Source: Methanobacteriota archaeon (lineage in GTDB: Archaea > Thermoplasmatota > Poseidoniia > Poseidoniales > Thalassarchaeaceae). From it: a stretch of 64,000 nucleotides of DNA. Below, one piece after another: positions 47,941 through 58,728 of the stretch. The position numbers and the translations under genes were made by a program. The notes beneath the pieces are model-generated. The model was not told where the DNA came from and did no database searches. It saw only the letters and a list, made by a program, of their open reading frames with translations. Location: contig PBZE01000050.1 of NCBI GenBank assembly GCA_002730095.1, positions 6,258 through 70,257 of the forward strand, given 5' to 3'. Positions within the stretch are counted from its first letter, which is position 1. The number at the start of each line of letters is the position of its first letter.

Positions 47941-49044
47941 ATGAGTCTTGCATGGAGGCTGCTGGCAAGACCCATCATTTCTAGATTAGACTCTGAGAGA
48001 TCCCATGATTTGGCACTTGGCGCCCTATCCAAATTTGATAATTCTAATTATGGAAAATCTGTCCTAAGTAGGATGTTCCAATCTCCAGACCTCCCCATCC
48101 ACGCTCTTGGCAGATTATTCCATCACCCTCTGGGACTTGCCGCGGGAATGGATAAAGGCGCAAGGGCCCTTTCCGCTTGGCCAGCACTTGGATTTTCTTG
48201 GATAGAATATGGTGGAATTACAAGATTCCCACAGGATGGGAATCCAAAACCAAGAATGTTTCGTGCAAACTCAGAGAAGGCATTAGTGAATAGTATGGGA
48301 TTCAATAATCCTGGTGCTTCATCTGTGAGGGATTCACTAATCTCTAGAAAATCACTTGGGAACTGGCCAAACGTCCCTGTTGCAGCAAATATTGGGCGCT
48401 CAAAGAAAGTCGACAATGAACAAGCGCCAGCTGATTATTCGCAAACACTAGACACATTGTGGAATCATGCTGATATGTTTGTATTGAATGTCTCTTCACC
48501 CAACACTCCCGGCCTAAGGGATCTTCAACAAGAGGATTTGCTAGAGAATGTACTTAGTGAGTGTACTAAGATACGCGATAAGTACAGCTCTGATAAACCA
48601 ATTCTATTGAAACTATCACCAGACAATGACGACGAATTAATATCGGAAATGGCCGATGCATCAATCAAATTTGGATTAGATGGAATCGTCGCTACAAATA
48701 CCACTATTTCTAGGCCCGAGCCTAAGAATACACAATCAAGAATAGCCTTCTCCCAATCAGGAGGGGTATCCGGCAGACCTCTACACAAAAGATCAGTGGA
48801 AGTAATTTCCAATATCTATGAACATACTAATGGAAAGATCACTATAGTGGGGGTTGGAGGGATAGATTCGTCCGAAAGCGCTTGGAGCTCCATTCAGTCT
48901 GGAGCCAGCCTCCTGCAATTGTACTCCGGATTGGTATTCAACGGCCCAAGAGTGACTTCATCTATAGTCAGAGGTCTCAAAAGCAGGGTTAAAGAATATG
49001 GATTTAGTGGAGTATCTGAAGCAGTAGGATATGGCCATCGATAG
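47941..49044 (+). CDS. pyrD: Quinone-dependent dihydroorotate dehydrogenase (class 2)
   Basis: GLAAGMDK, QDGNPKPRMFR, NSMGFNN, NVSSPNTPGLR, KLSPD, TNTT, GVGGI. Start ATG 47941. Confidence 0.95.
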   Translation: MSLAWRLLARPIISRLDSERSHDLALGALSKFDNSNYGKSVLSRMFQSPDLPIHALGRLFHHPLGLAAGMDKGARALSAWPALGFSWIEYGGITRFPQDGNPKPRMFRANSEKALVNSMGFNNPGASSVRDSLISRKSLGNWPNVPVAANIGRSKKVDNEQAPADYSQTLDTLWNHADMFVLNVSSPNTPGLRDLQQEDLLENVLSECTKIRDKYSSDKPILLKLSPDNDDELISEMADASIKFGLDGIVATNTTISRPEPKNTQSRIAFSQSGGVSGRPLHKRSVEVISNIYEHTNGKITIVGVGGIDSSESAWSSIQSGASLLQLYSGLVFNGPRVTSSIVRGLKSRVKEYGFSGVSEAVGYGHR

Positions 49045-49083
49045 CCTAAAAAGGGATTTCACAAAGTAATCGGAAGTGAAAAT

Positions 49084-49467
49084 ATGGCAATGACACGCAA
49101 CAACCGTCTTTTTGTTGTAGGTGGCTCAATATTGGTCCTAGTCATTATGATGCTAGCAACTGTTGACCCCGAGACCCAGCATTACATAGACAAGGTAATG
49201 GACGACCCCGATAGTTTCTCGGGCAATGCACACATAAGGGGCGAGGTTGTGGTAGGCTCTATCGACACTCAGAATTACACATTTATTTTGGAAGGAGTCA
49301 AACATCAGCTCATTGTCGATTTTTCATCAGCTGCTGTTCCGGACGGTTTCAGTGATGGTAAAACAATAGCAGTTAAGGGACTACTATCAGACTCCACTGG
49401 TTCATGGATTCTAGAAGCTAGAGAAATTCAAACAGGGTGCCCATCGAAGTATGAATCCGTGGAATGA
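49084..49467 (+). CDS. ccmE: Cytochrome c maturation heme chaperone CcmE (CxxxY variant)
   Basis: N-terminal TM, G.V..GS, VPDGF..G.....G, C-terminal GCPSKY. Confidence 0.85.
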   Translation: MAMTRNNRLFVVGGSILVLVIMMLATVDPETQHYIDKVMDDPDSFSGNAHIRGEVVVGSIDTQNYTFILEGVKHQLIVDFSSAAVPDGFSDGKTIAVKGLLSDSTGSWILEAREIQTGCPSKYESVE

Positions 49468-49500
49468 CACCCCCGATTCTTTGAAATGGTGGCTCTCACG

Positions 49501-49803
49501 CGGTGATACGGGCTAGGGGGGGTGTTGACGTACTCTGTTTTTCACAAATCGTCGAAAATGGTGACCTGAAGTCCGAGGGCGGCGTAAACGAGCCAATTGG
49601 ATCTCGCTGGTTAACTACGACGCCTCGCCCCCAAGAGATGCAGGTTGTTGGAAGGGTCACCCGGAGGGGTCACCTAACCATCCTATGCCCGGGAACCAGG
49701 TCAGGCGCGGAAGCGAGCAGCCCGACCGGGGATGCTGGATGCCTTGGGGATGCGGGGTTGAGGAGACTGGCGAAACTATCCAGTTGTTGACGAACGTCCA
49801 CCG
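49501..49803 (+). ncRNA. ffs: Archaeal signal recognition particle RNA (7S RNA)
   Basis: Helix 8 CAGGCGC-GGAA-GCG-AGCAG (49702-49720), helix 6 ACCC-GGAG-GGGT (49659-49670), terminal pairing CGGTG/CACCG, about 300 nt, GC-rich, TTTGAAA box upstream. Ends are approximate. Confidence 0.92.
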
Positions 49804-49815
49804 AGGACATGCCCA

Positions 49816-50289
49816 TTACTCTGGAATACTTCCGAGGCCACCCATTTTGCAGACAATCAGAAAATGCTCAGCAGAAACAGGCTGTACTGATAGCCTCTGC
49901 CCTCTCTGAAGCAGAGGCATGCCATCCAAATCCCCATTGCTCCTCAGATCAGGCAAACCCACGGGTTCCAAATCAATAATCGGCTCTATATCGACCATCA
50001 TCCACCTAGGATTGTCTGGACTGGCCTTTGGATCAAAATATTTCGAAGATGAGTCTTGAGCCGTGAAATCGGGATACGCCTCCTTGCAAACCTTAGCTAC
50101 TCCAGCTACATGAGGGGGTTTACAATTTGAGTGATAAAATAGTACATAATCGCCATTTTTCATTTCGTCTCTCATGATATTTCTAGCCTGATAGTTTCTA
50201 ACTCCATCCCAGTGCGTACTCCTATCTTTTTTCAACTGCTCCCAGGGGTAAACGTGCGGCTCACTTTTCATCAGCCAATATCCGACCAT
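49816..50289 (-). CDS. EVE domain-containing protein
   Basis: YWLMKSEP, WDGVRNYQARN, FYHS, YFDPK, RLSVQPV. Start ATG 50289. Confidence 0.93.
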   Translation of the reverse strand: MVGYWLMKSEPHVYPWEQLKKDRSTHWDGVRNYQARNIMRDEMKNGDYVLFYHSNCKPPHVAGVAKVCKEAYPDFTAQDSSSKYFDPKASPDNPRWMMVDIEPIIDLEPVGLPDLRSNGDLDGMPLLQRGQRLSVQPVSAEHFLIVCKMGGLGSIPE

Positions 50290-50322
50290 GGCGCTCGGAC
50301 AAATACCACACAAATCAACATT

Positions 50323-53322
50323 TCACCATGCATCTTCTGCACTGCCCAAGATTATTGCCGCGTCTATTGTATCAGCTTCATCCCTGGCAATCGCCCTTCT
50401 TAATCCAGCAGTCTTTACCATAGTACTGACGCCACCTGTCAAGCCTAAGTTGGCCTTGATCATTGCAGTGAAAATTGCCGGTAGTAGGATTAGGGCCGAT
50501 ATGGCCGCAACTAGAAGGAGTAATATAATCACTGTTATGAATGGCTTGATAGCTTCTATAGGAATCAGATATGCACAAGTCAGGCCTCCAGCTGTGACTG
50601 TAGTCGCCTCGAATAAGCTAAGCCCTGTACTGGCACATGCTGTCTGAATAGCTTCAATTGTTCCTCCTTGCTCCTTTATCCGATTGGCTATGTGAATCGA
50701 AAAATCAACCCCGACTCCCACTAGTATGGAGCCAATCATTACTGTGATTAAAGAGAGATCAACATCTAGGCCATCCATAGCAAGCCACTGCATCATCACT
50801 GTGAAACCAACTGGAAGGGTAGTTAGTAATGCATACCTCACATCCCTGAACACCAGAGCCAGGGTAACGACTGTAAAGAGTAGTGCGAAACCAAGGGATT
50901 GCCATTGAGAATTAACGATTAGGTTGTTGACCTCTATTGTAATGGAGGCGACCCCGATTAGCGTACTTGATGTAACTGCCCCATCTCTCTCTTCATCTGC
51001 ATATCTATTTACCTCGTCCACAGCCAAAGTAGTGCTTTGGACATCCATGAATGGCATATCGACATAGATTAAACTTCTATCATAGCTAGGTGAGATGAAT
51101 AGCTCACGCATCTCCAAAGTCATGCTATTGTAAAACACGTAGATAAGGAAATTCTGCGACTGTATTCCTCCGGGATCTTGTAAGTCCAGATAGTTCAACG
51201 CACTCCAGAACGAAAGATTCCCAGTCTGCTCCCGATCAAAAATAAGCTCTGCTACGTCCTTTATCGGCCCCAAATCATCCGGTATAACATCATTGACGGG
51301 CGCTCCTGAAACATTCACACCGACACCTATGGCTTTCATCAAGAATACTATGGATACGGCAGTTGTATTTTCAACAGAATTACATTTAGTTTCAAGCTGT
51401 TCTATGCCCTTGAGGTTCGAAAACGGATCTTTCTGAACACCCGCTTCTGGTATTGGGTCGGGATCTGCATACAGATCCGACTCTATTAGGAGGAAGCCCG
51501 GTTGTCCAGCATTGAACTCCTCGGAATAAATCCCCATCTTATCTACCGCATCAACACCCGCAGGTGCCATCTTCAGTAGATCGATATTTTCTTCTACGTT
51601 TGGCCGATTATATCCTGCTGACATTACCATGGCCATCATAAAAACTACGAGTGTTACTCTAGTCCACTTTATGGGTACGCCAACTGCGCCCTGAAACACC
51701 TTTGGAGGAGGGTGAGAGGGTTTTTTCAGATCAAGCATCATAGTAAGATTAGGGACCATGAGCATTGTCATGATGTAGACTACGACTATTCCCCCGGATA
51801 GTGCATATCCAATGGTCTGTATCGGTTTCATTGGTACGAAAACCAATGAAATAAATCCAATTATCGTAGTCAATGCCGATAGTAAGACAGCCCTCCCAGT
51901 AGAGCTGATAGCTTCAGACATCTTTTCCCTAGGAGATCCCTTGGCTTCAGCATATCTATTTGTTATGTGTAATCCATAAGATACGCCTAGAGCCAGAACT
52001 ATCGGTCCGACAATAATAACAGTCATCGTTACTTCATAATCGGTATATCCTATGAACCCGAGAGTTATCCACACAGAACATAGTGTGGGGAGTCCTGAGA
52101 TGATCAGAGTCTTGACACCCTGTACCCACCTAATTCTACCTGTTTGTAGTAAGTCACAATGGAATAGAAACAGTCCGAAGGCTACAATGACAACTCCAAC
52201 TGGAAATACCTGCCAGAACAATTGAAACGACTTCTCAGTAATTGCATTAGTTAGAGGCACAGGTCCAGTAAGAGTCATCTTTAATCCAAGCTCAGTACCA
52301 TCACAGTAATCGTTTGCTTCATCCGATTCAGGATCGACCTCGTTACCATTGTCATCTACGCAAATCCAGTTATTTTCACTTGAGATTTGGTCTATTGTTT
52401 CTTGAGTATGCTCGATTATATGTGAAATTGATGTATCATCTACGCCGTCGCCGTCCTGGTCCAGATTACTAGTAATGCCGATAATTATGACTGCCCTATT
52501 CCAATATCCAGCGGTTTCATTCTGATTTTTACCAACGTCCCTGACTAATTTGTCAAGAGCATTCTGTGGCATTTCGCCTAATATCTGATCAACCCTTTCC
52601 TGTTCGTCAGGTATCGAGTAATCGCCAATAATGTTTGACTGCTCATCGACTAGATCGTTTACTTGTTGCGAGAACTCGTCACTCCCTGTCGCTTCTGCAA
52701 CTCCAGAGAAAAAGGCCTTTACAACCCTCCCTCCACTAGAATTAACCTCCTTAATGACAGTAGATACAGATAGTACATAGATTACGTAGTCCTCTTCGCC
52801 CTTGTCGTCTCTTACAGTATTCAGTGCACTTTCCACCTTGTCGATCTGTTTCAGAATCGGTAGCTGATCTACACCTTGCCTATCAGACTCGACATAGATA
52901 ACCATGACATTGGTTGTCCAATCCTGTTCAACATCTTCAATATCACTCTGTACGTCAGAACCCTGAGGTAGGTAAACAGCCATATCTCCATTGACATTCA
53001 ATGCACCCTCCTCGTCACAAAAATCATTCTCAAACCCATCTCTGCAATCAAAAATTCCCGAGTGCCTTCCAAGAAGGGCAGTTACTGTGAGGCACAATAT
53101 CACAGTTACAACTGGCACCTTTGTAATTAGATCGCTAATTGTTGAATCTAGCATTGCCCGTTTGATTATTACTGGTGATCTCCTTACCGATTTCATTACA
53201 GATTCTGCATCAACTTCAGAAATTTTAGTGCCAGTTTCCCTAATCTTTGACTTTACTAGGTTTGAGGAATCCACAATCGCCCTCATGGGGTCAAAACGTG
53301 ATCCTTCTTCAGGTTCATCCAT
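50323..53322 (-). CDS. RND superfamily / MMPL family transporter (archaeal HAE3-like)
   Basis: Duplicated TM bundles with LGVSYGLHITNRY and GVGVDFSIHIANR, plus large extracytoplasmic loops. Start ATG 53322. Confidence 0.9.
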   Translation of the reverse strand: MDEPEEGSRFDPMRAIVDSSNLVKSKIRETGTKISEVDAESVMKSVRRSPVIIKRAMLDSTISDLITKVPVVTVILCLTVTALLGRHSGIFDCRDGFENDFCDEEGALNVNGDMAVYLPQGSDVQSDIEDVEQDWTTNVMVIYVESDRQGVDQLPILKQIDKVESALNTVRDDKGEEDYVIYVLSVSTVIKEVNSSGGRVVKAFFSGVAEATGSDEFSQQVNDLVDEQSNIIGDYSIPDEQERVDQILGEMPQNALDKLVRDVGKNQNETAGYWNRAVIIIGITSNLDQDGDGVDDTSISHIIEHTQETIDQISSENNWICVDDNGNEVDPESDEANDYCDGTELGLKMTLTGPVPLTNAITEKSFQLFWQVFPVGVVIVAFGLFLFHCDLLQTGRIRWVQGVKTLIISGLPTLCSVWITLGFIGYTDYEVTMTVIIVGPIVLALGVSYGLHITNRYAEAKGSPREKMSEAISSTGRAVLLSALTTIIGFISLVFVPMKPIQTIGYALSGGIVVVYIMTMLMVPNLTMMLDLKKPSHPPPKVFQGAVGVPIKWTRVTLVVFMMAMVMSAGYNRPNVEENIDLLKMAPAGVDAVDKMGIYSEEFNAGQPGFLLIESDLYADPDPIPEAGVQKDPFSNLKGIEQLETKCNSVENTTAVSIVFLMKAIGVGVNVSGAPVNDVIPDDLGPIKDVAELIFDREQTGNLSFWSALNYLDLQDPGGIQSQNFLIYVFYNSMTLEMRELFISPSYDRSLIYVDMPFMDVQSTTLAVDEVNRYADEERDGAVTSSTLIGVASITIEVNNLIVNSQWQSLGFALLFTVVTLALVFRDVRYALLTTLPVGFTVMMQWLAMDGLDVDLSLITVMIGSILVGVGVDFSIHIANRIKEQGGTIEAIQTACASTGLSLFEATTVTAGGLTCAYLIPIEAIKPFITVIILLLLVAAISALILLPAIFTAMIKANLGLTGGVSTMVKTAGLRRAIARDEADTIDAAIILGSAEDAW

Positions 53323-53458
53323 GGTAACGTGCCCTTGGGGCAACTGACGGGACTTCAACCCCACGCCGTATAGATTTGTAATAATGCGTTTAATCACGCG
53401 CAATGAAATTCGGCAACAGTGAATAATGAGAATTTTCAGCGATGCACGGGGAGAGCCT

Positions 53459-55933
53459 ATGGGAGCACCAAAAATCACTGATAAAAGGTGGACAATAGAC
53501 CTCGAAAAAAGAATACAGGAGTCCCACTATCTTGATAACCCTTCGAGATATTCATTTGACCCCAATAGTGAGAAAGAGCTGTTTGTTATCGATACACCAC
53601 CTCCATATCCGAGTGGCACATGGCATATTGGAGCAGTAGCGCAATACAGTATGATAGACGTTATTGCGAGAAGTCAAAGGCTCATTGGTAAGGAAGTTCT
53701 CTTTCCCTGGGGAGTAGACAGGAATGGAATTAATATAGAATTCACAGTCGAGAAAAAGACTGGCAAAAAAATGCGTACATATGATAGAGGCGAATTCCTT
53801 GATCTGTGCAAAGAAACAATCGAACAATATACACAAGCGATGAGGCATACGGCAAAGCGCGTCGGACTTTCTTGTGACTATGATAATGAGTACTTGACAG
53901 ATGCCCCAAATTATAGATCTGTTACGCAGTCAATATTTGTTGATCTTTTTAAGAGAGGCGATATTATTGAGGACCTTAGACCAAATATTTACGACCCAGT
54001 AGAGGGGACAACCATTGCTGATGCAGAGGTTCAAAGAATCTCTAGGGAGACAATCCTTTGTGACGTAATATGGGAGACTGAAGATGGGACTGAATTATTA
54101 ATTTCTACAACACGTCCCGAATTAATTTGTGCATGCGGAGTTGTAATGGTTCATCCAGAAGATGAAAGATACAAGCATCTAGTGGGGAAGAAGGTAAGAT
54201 TGCCTATTTCAATTGGAGATAGGTCTAACACTGTCGAAATTATGACACATCCCTCCGTCAAATCCGATTTTGGAAGTGGAATTTTGATGGTATGCTCTTT
54301 TGGTGACCAGAATGATGTTTCTATATTCAGGGAGCTTGGCTTGAAGCCATTCGCAGCTATAGACTTGGAAGGAAAAATGACCGAAATATCAGGCCCTCTT
54401 GCCGGAAACAATGTTTTGGAAGCAAGAAAACTGGCGATCAGTATTCTCGAAGAATCCGGAAAGCTGTCCTCAAAGAGCAATAGATTGCAGGAAATCCCCG
54501 TTAGTGAAAGAGGGTCTAATCCTGTAGAGATAATTTTGCTAAAAGAGTGGTACGTAAGGCAGACGCATGTTATTGATAGACTCTCAGAGCTATCAAATAA
54601 CTGTAATTTCATCCCTGAAAGAAACAGGCAGTTCTTACATGACTGGATGGATGGAATCTCAATCGATTGGCCAATTAGCAGAAGACGGTGGTATCATACG
54701 GAGGTCCCTATTTGGTACTCTGAGGACTCCAGTAAGGTAATAGTGCCTCCAAATGGTGTTTACGTCCAGCCATGGAGAGATTTGCCCCCGACTGGTTCCG
54801 AGGTTCTAGACAGAGACACTAGGGAATTCATCGGAATGTATGAAGATATTTCAGATTCATTAGGGGAAATTGTGGGTGAGACTAAGGTTTTCGATACGTG
54901 GATGGATTCTTCCAACTCAAACTTATTTGTTAGCGGTTACATAAATAATCCCAAAATGTTCGAAAGATCATTTCCTACAGCTTTAAGGCCTCAGGGCAAA
55001 GAAATAGTAAGAACATGGCTCTATTATACTATGTTGAAGAGTGCATTGTTGTTCGACAAGCCCGCATTTGATAATATATGGATCGATGGACTTGGGATGG
55101 ACCCATGGGGTAGGAAAATGTCCAAATCTCTTGGTAATGGAATTGATGCCGACTCAGTTCTTGAATGTGGGGCCGGAGGACGTACAGGATCATGGAAAAT
55201 CCGCGGCCCTGAGGGCAAACAAGTCAGCCTCAAGGCAAATAAAATTGGTAGCGAGTGCTTCAGATTATGGAAAGCATGTGAAGCTCAAGTCGGGGATGAT
55301 TTCCATATTAACCCAGAGGAAATTGAATCGAAATATTTCGGTGTTCTGACCAAGATATTCAATGTCGCAAGATTCGCCAGCCAGTTTGAGGTACCTGATC
55401 AATTAGATGTGATGCCAGACGATCTCCCCGAGGAAGATATGTGGATATTGAGTGAGTTTGACTCAATGATGTGTAATGTTAGGGGATCATGGGAGAATAT
55501 GGATATTTACAATGCAACTCAATCGATAAAGGGATTTGCAACTGGAATTTTTCCAGGGCACTGGTTGGAAATGTCCAAGTCGAGGCTTTACGATGACGAT
55601 TTTGCAGCCGCTTGGACTATACACAGGATAGTCAGGGATCTGCTCATCGTGTTTTCACCCGTTTGTCCATTTTTCACTGACTATCTTTCTTCCATACTAT
55701 ATGGAAGCAGTTCAGTTGATGCACGTTCGTATCCCCCAAATGTAATATCTCAAAATCGTGACACAAGCGGATATCTTAATGTGACCGATGCATTAATTGA
55801 ATTCAACTCATCAACTTGGAGGACAAAAAAGGAGAATGGCCTTTCACTCAAATCTGAAATCACTGGGATTGTCGTCCCACCGGAACTAGTTAATTTCAAG
55901 GATGCTCTCGCTGCAATGCACAATCTCATCTAG
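53459..55933 (+). CDS. valS: Valine--tRNA ligase
   Basis: DTPPPYPSG.WHIG, TTRPEL, DWPISRRR, VFDTWMDS, RPQGKEI.RTW, KMSKS. Confidence 0.95.
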   Translation: MGAPKITDKRWTIDLEKRIQESHYLDNPSRYSFDPNSEKELFVIDTPPPYPSGTWHIGAVAQYSMIDVIARSQRLIGKEVLFPWGVDRNGINIEFTVEKKTGKKMRTYDRGEFLDLCKETIEQYTQAMRHTAKRVGLSCDYDNEYLTDAPNYRSVTQSIFVDLFKRGDIIEDLRPNIYDPVEGTTIADAEVQRISRETILCDVIWETEDGTELLISTTRPELICACGVVMVHPEDERYKHLVGKKVRLPISIGDRSNTVEIMTHPSVKSDFGSGILMVCSFGDQNDVSIFRELGLKPFAAIDLEGKMTEISGPLAGNNVLEARKLAISILEESGKLSSKSNRLQEIPVSERGSNPVEIILLKEWYVRQTHVIDRLSELSNNCNFIPERNRQFLHDWMDGISIDWPISRRRWYHTEVPIWYSEDSSKVIVPPNGVYVQPWRDLPPTGSEVLDRDTREFIGMYEDISDSLGEIVGETKVFDTWMDSSNSNLFVSGYINNPKMFERSFPTALRPQGKEIVRTWLYYTMLKSALLFDKPAFDNIWIDGLGMDPWGRKMSKSLGNGIDADSVLECGAGGRTGSWKIRGPEGKQVSLKANKIGSECFRLWKACEAQVGDDFHINPEEIESKYFGVLTKIFNVARFASQFEVPDQLDVMPDDLPEEDMWILSEFDSMMCNVRGSWENMDIYNATQSIKGFATGIFPGHWLEMSKSRLYDDDFAAAWTIHRIVRDLLIVFSPVCPFFTDYLSSILYGSSSVDARSYPPNVISQNRDTSGYLNVTDALIEFNSSTWRTKKENGLSLKSEITGIVVPPELVNFKDALAAMHNLI

Positions 55934-55936
55934 CAT

Positions 55937-56893
55937 TCAATTCAAACTAGAACCGGGCTTTACCCCTTTAGAGAAATCATCCACGATAGAAACTATTTCC
56001 ATACCAATTCTATTTTGTGCTTCAAATGTAGAAGCTCCGATGTGAGGGGTGGCTTGGAAATTTTCAAGCTTCAGTAAGTCGTTTTTCACTATCGGCTCTA
56101 TCTCGAAGACATCTAAAGCTGCTGTGGTCAAATCACCGTTAATCAATGAATCCAGTAAATCTGACTCATCTATAATCCCACCTCTAGCACAATTAACAAT
56201 ATGGTTGCCGCAGAATATTCCATCGGCACCAATCTTAGGCATAATCGAAATAAGCTCCCGATTAACAAGATGGTGCGTCTCTTCAGAGAGGTAGCAGTGA
56301 ATGGAGACATGTGTACAACTAGAAAATAACGATTCGACATTTTCATGATAAATACAATCATCGTCTGTTTTGACCAGGTATGGATCATACACGTGAATAT
56401 TCATGCCCATGATCTTCGCGATATCTGCAACACCCCGTGCGATTCTGCCATATCCCAGCAAGCCAAGATTTTTTCCTCTTAGTTCTGATCCCCTTAGCTC
56501 CTTTTTACCCCATATGCCATTCTTTAACATAACATCTCCTCTGATAATTCTTCTATTAGTTGAAATGAGGTGACCGATTGCTAACTCTACTACTGCATTT
56601 GTCGACGAGCTTGGTGTGTTACAAACCAGAACCGAGTTCTCATTAGCAGCTTCAATATCGATATTATCAACTCCAACACCAGCTCTGATAATCAAAGATA
56701 GCTTGTGTGAGTTGGCGTAGATAACTTCCGAGGTCATCTTTGTAGCACTTCTTATTATTACAACATCAAAATCTGCTATGCAGCCATCTAGTAGCTCCTG
56801 ATTGGTATAGTGCCTTTCCTCTACATCATGCCCTATTTCCACAAGTCTATCCTTAGCGCTTGGGTCAATGCCATCTGTAATTGCTATTCTCAC
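55937..56893 (-). CDS. serA: D-3-phosphoglycerate dehydrogenase-like 2-hydroxyacid dehydrogenase (no ACT domain)
   Basis: [44 protein letters not shown]. Confidence 0.85.
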   Translation of the reverse strand: MRIAITDGIDPSAKDRLVEIGHDVEERHYTNQELLDGCIADFDVVIIRSATKMTSEVIYANSHKLSLIIRAGVGVDNIDIEAANENSVLVCNTPSSSTNAVVELAIGHLISTNRRIIRGDVMLKNGIWGKKELRGSELRGKNLGLLGYGRIARGVADIAKIMGMNIHVYDPYLVKTDDDCIYHENVESLFSSCTHVSIHCYLSEETHHLVNRELISIMPKIGADGIFCGNHIVNCARGGIIDESDLLDSLINGDLTTAALDVFEIEPIVKNDLLKLENFQATPHIGASTFEAQNRIGMEIVSIVDDFSKGVKPGSSLN

Positions 56894-56974
56894 ATGCCCC
56901 CGAGTAGAGATTGTACAATGAAGTTTGCCGGAAGTAGTATTGATATCGCCCCCCCTCTTCCCGCAATTGATAAC

Positions 56975-57574
56975 ATGTCATTTCAACTGCCAGAACTATC
57001 ATATGATTACGACGCCCTAGAGCCGCACATTGACTCCCTGACTATGGAGATTCATCACAGTAAGCACCACGCTGGATATACATCTAAGCTGAATGCTGCA
57101 ATTAGTGGCACAGAACTAGAGGGGATGTCCATAGAAGACTTACTGGCAAATCATAATGATAATCCTGCAGTAAGGAATAATGGCGGAGGTTTTTGGAATC
57201 ACAAATTCTTCTGGGGGCTGATGTGCCCTAGCGGTGGAGGTTCACCAGAGGCCAATCTCCTAGAAGCAATCGAATCCACATTCGGATCTTTCGACAATAT
57301 GAAATCTGAATTTGCACAAGCTGCAATGACGAGATTCGGTAGTGGTTGGGCTTGGTTATGCGTCGGAAACAACGGAGAACTACTAATCTCGTCTACGCCG
57401 AATCAGGATAACCCACTGATGGATGGTTCTGGTACTCCTATATTGGGCATTGATGTTTGGGAACATGCGTATTACAAGAAATATGGCCCAGGTAGGGGAG
57501 ATTACATCAATGCATGGTGGAACGTAGTTGACTGGCCTGCCGTAAACTCCCTTTACAATTCGGCATTACAATAA
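56975..57574 (+). CDS. sod: Fe/Mn superoxide dismutase (Mn-type signature)
   Basis: [44 protein letters not shown]. Start ATG 56975. Confidence 0.96.
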   Translation: MSFQLPELSYDYDALEPHIDSLTMEIHHSKHHAGYTSKLNAAISGTELEGMSIEDLLANHNDNPAVRNNGGGFWNHKFFWGLMCPSGGGSPEANLLEAIESTFGSFDNMKSEFAQAAMTRFGSGWAWLCVGNNGELLISSTPNQDNPLMDGSGTPILGIDVWEHAYYKKYGPGRGDYINAWWNVVDWPAVNSLYNSALQ

Positions 57575-57644
57575 TCCAGAGTTTCGTTTATCTGACTCTG
57601 TATTTGACCGGTTTATTCTAAGCTGGTGATTGAGACCAAGTAAC

Positions 57645-58727
57645 GTGTCCGCTCCTGTCGAAGGACTAGCTACAGGATTACTAATCCTATTATTGCCAGT
57701 CATACTGACCCTTCCCCTTAGGTTCGGTTGGAAATGGTGGGTTGGTATGGAACCGGAACATGAACACTACCGTGAAAAAGTTAGGAGAGTCTTAGATTCT
57801 GGAATCCCCATTAAGAGATACAGAACTGAATTAGATTCCGAAGCTCGTAGGTTACTGATCGATAAAGAGAGGCAATCACGTATAGAATCCGATTTACTTA
57901 GGCCATTGGGGCCACAACACTTCTTATTGTTACCAGCATTGATTTTCTCTCCCTTATTGGGAATATTCGCATTCTTGGTAACAATTATTCTGTTGCCAAT
58001 GTTCAGGCCCATAGAATGGATATTGATTGACAAGGGTCTACTTTCGTATGTTGCCAACGTGATTAGGAAAGTTACCAGATGGGAGATTATTGGCATTCCA
58101 AGGTTAGACGATGGCACAGGAACTCTAGACAGAGTTCTTGATTCTACACACAGGATGCCAATAACTGTATTTTTAGGTATTTTTGCTTATCTCATTGTAT
58201 TGTATTTACCACTCGGGCCAAAAGAGGTTCTTGTCTTGAGTGCGGTATTCTATATTTTCTTAGTCTCATTCATTTCTGTAATCAGAGCAGCTACAATGAC
58301 TTCGCTGGTTTTTGCCGATCCGACAAAGAGAAGGCTAATTCCAATGCACTCGTTAGTAGACGATGCACTGGGTCCGTCTGTTGGTATTGGACTAGTCTTC
58401 CTTCTATCTAGACAACTGATTTATGGAAGCCAATTGAGGTCAGGAGATCTACTAGGAGATCCAATCGTCTTCTCAATATCAGTCCTTTTGGTTTTGTACA
58501 CTGCTACAATCATAGGCGTGGCTGTTGAGTATGCGTTCTTCGAATCTCGTAGTGATAGAATAAAGTCACTATTCCAATTGCAAATCGTCGATAGACACGA
58601 TCCAATGGTTTACTTATTCACTAGACATTTGGGAACTTTGAGGATTTCACCTCTGATGACAATGAGGGAGTGGATAGATAATGACGAGGAAATTTCAATC
58701 ATAGACTCAGAAATCCTAACGAGATGA
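57645..58727 (+). CDS. Hypothetical polytopic membrane protein
   Basis: Multiple TM segments. Start tentatively GTG 57645 (TTCTAA at -29). Confidence 0.7.
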   Translation: MSAPVEGLATGLLILLLPVILTLPLRFGWKWWVGMEPEHEHYREKVRRVLDSGIPIKRYRTELDSEARRLLIDKERQSRIESDLLRPLGPQHFLLLPALIFSPLLGIFAFLVTIILLPMFRPIEWILIDKGLLSYVANVIRKVTRWEIIGIPRLDDGTGTLDRVLDSTHRMPITVFLGIFAYLIVLYLPLGPKEVLVLSAVFYIFLVSFISVIRAATMTSLVFADPTKRRLIPMHSLVDDALGPSVGIGLVFLLSRQLIYGSQLRSGDLLGDPIVFSISVLLVLYTATIIGVAVEYAFFESRSDRIKSLFQLQIVDRHDPMVYLFTRHLGTLRISPLMTMREWIDNDEEISIIDSEILTR

Positions 58728-58728
58728 T

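Noticed and set aside
49503..49909. ORFs 49503..49790 and 49685..49909
   Set aside because: They overlap the SRP RNA gene and the EVE gene, have no protein features, and are by-products of GC-rich structured RNA.
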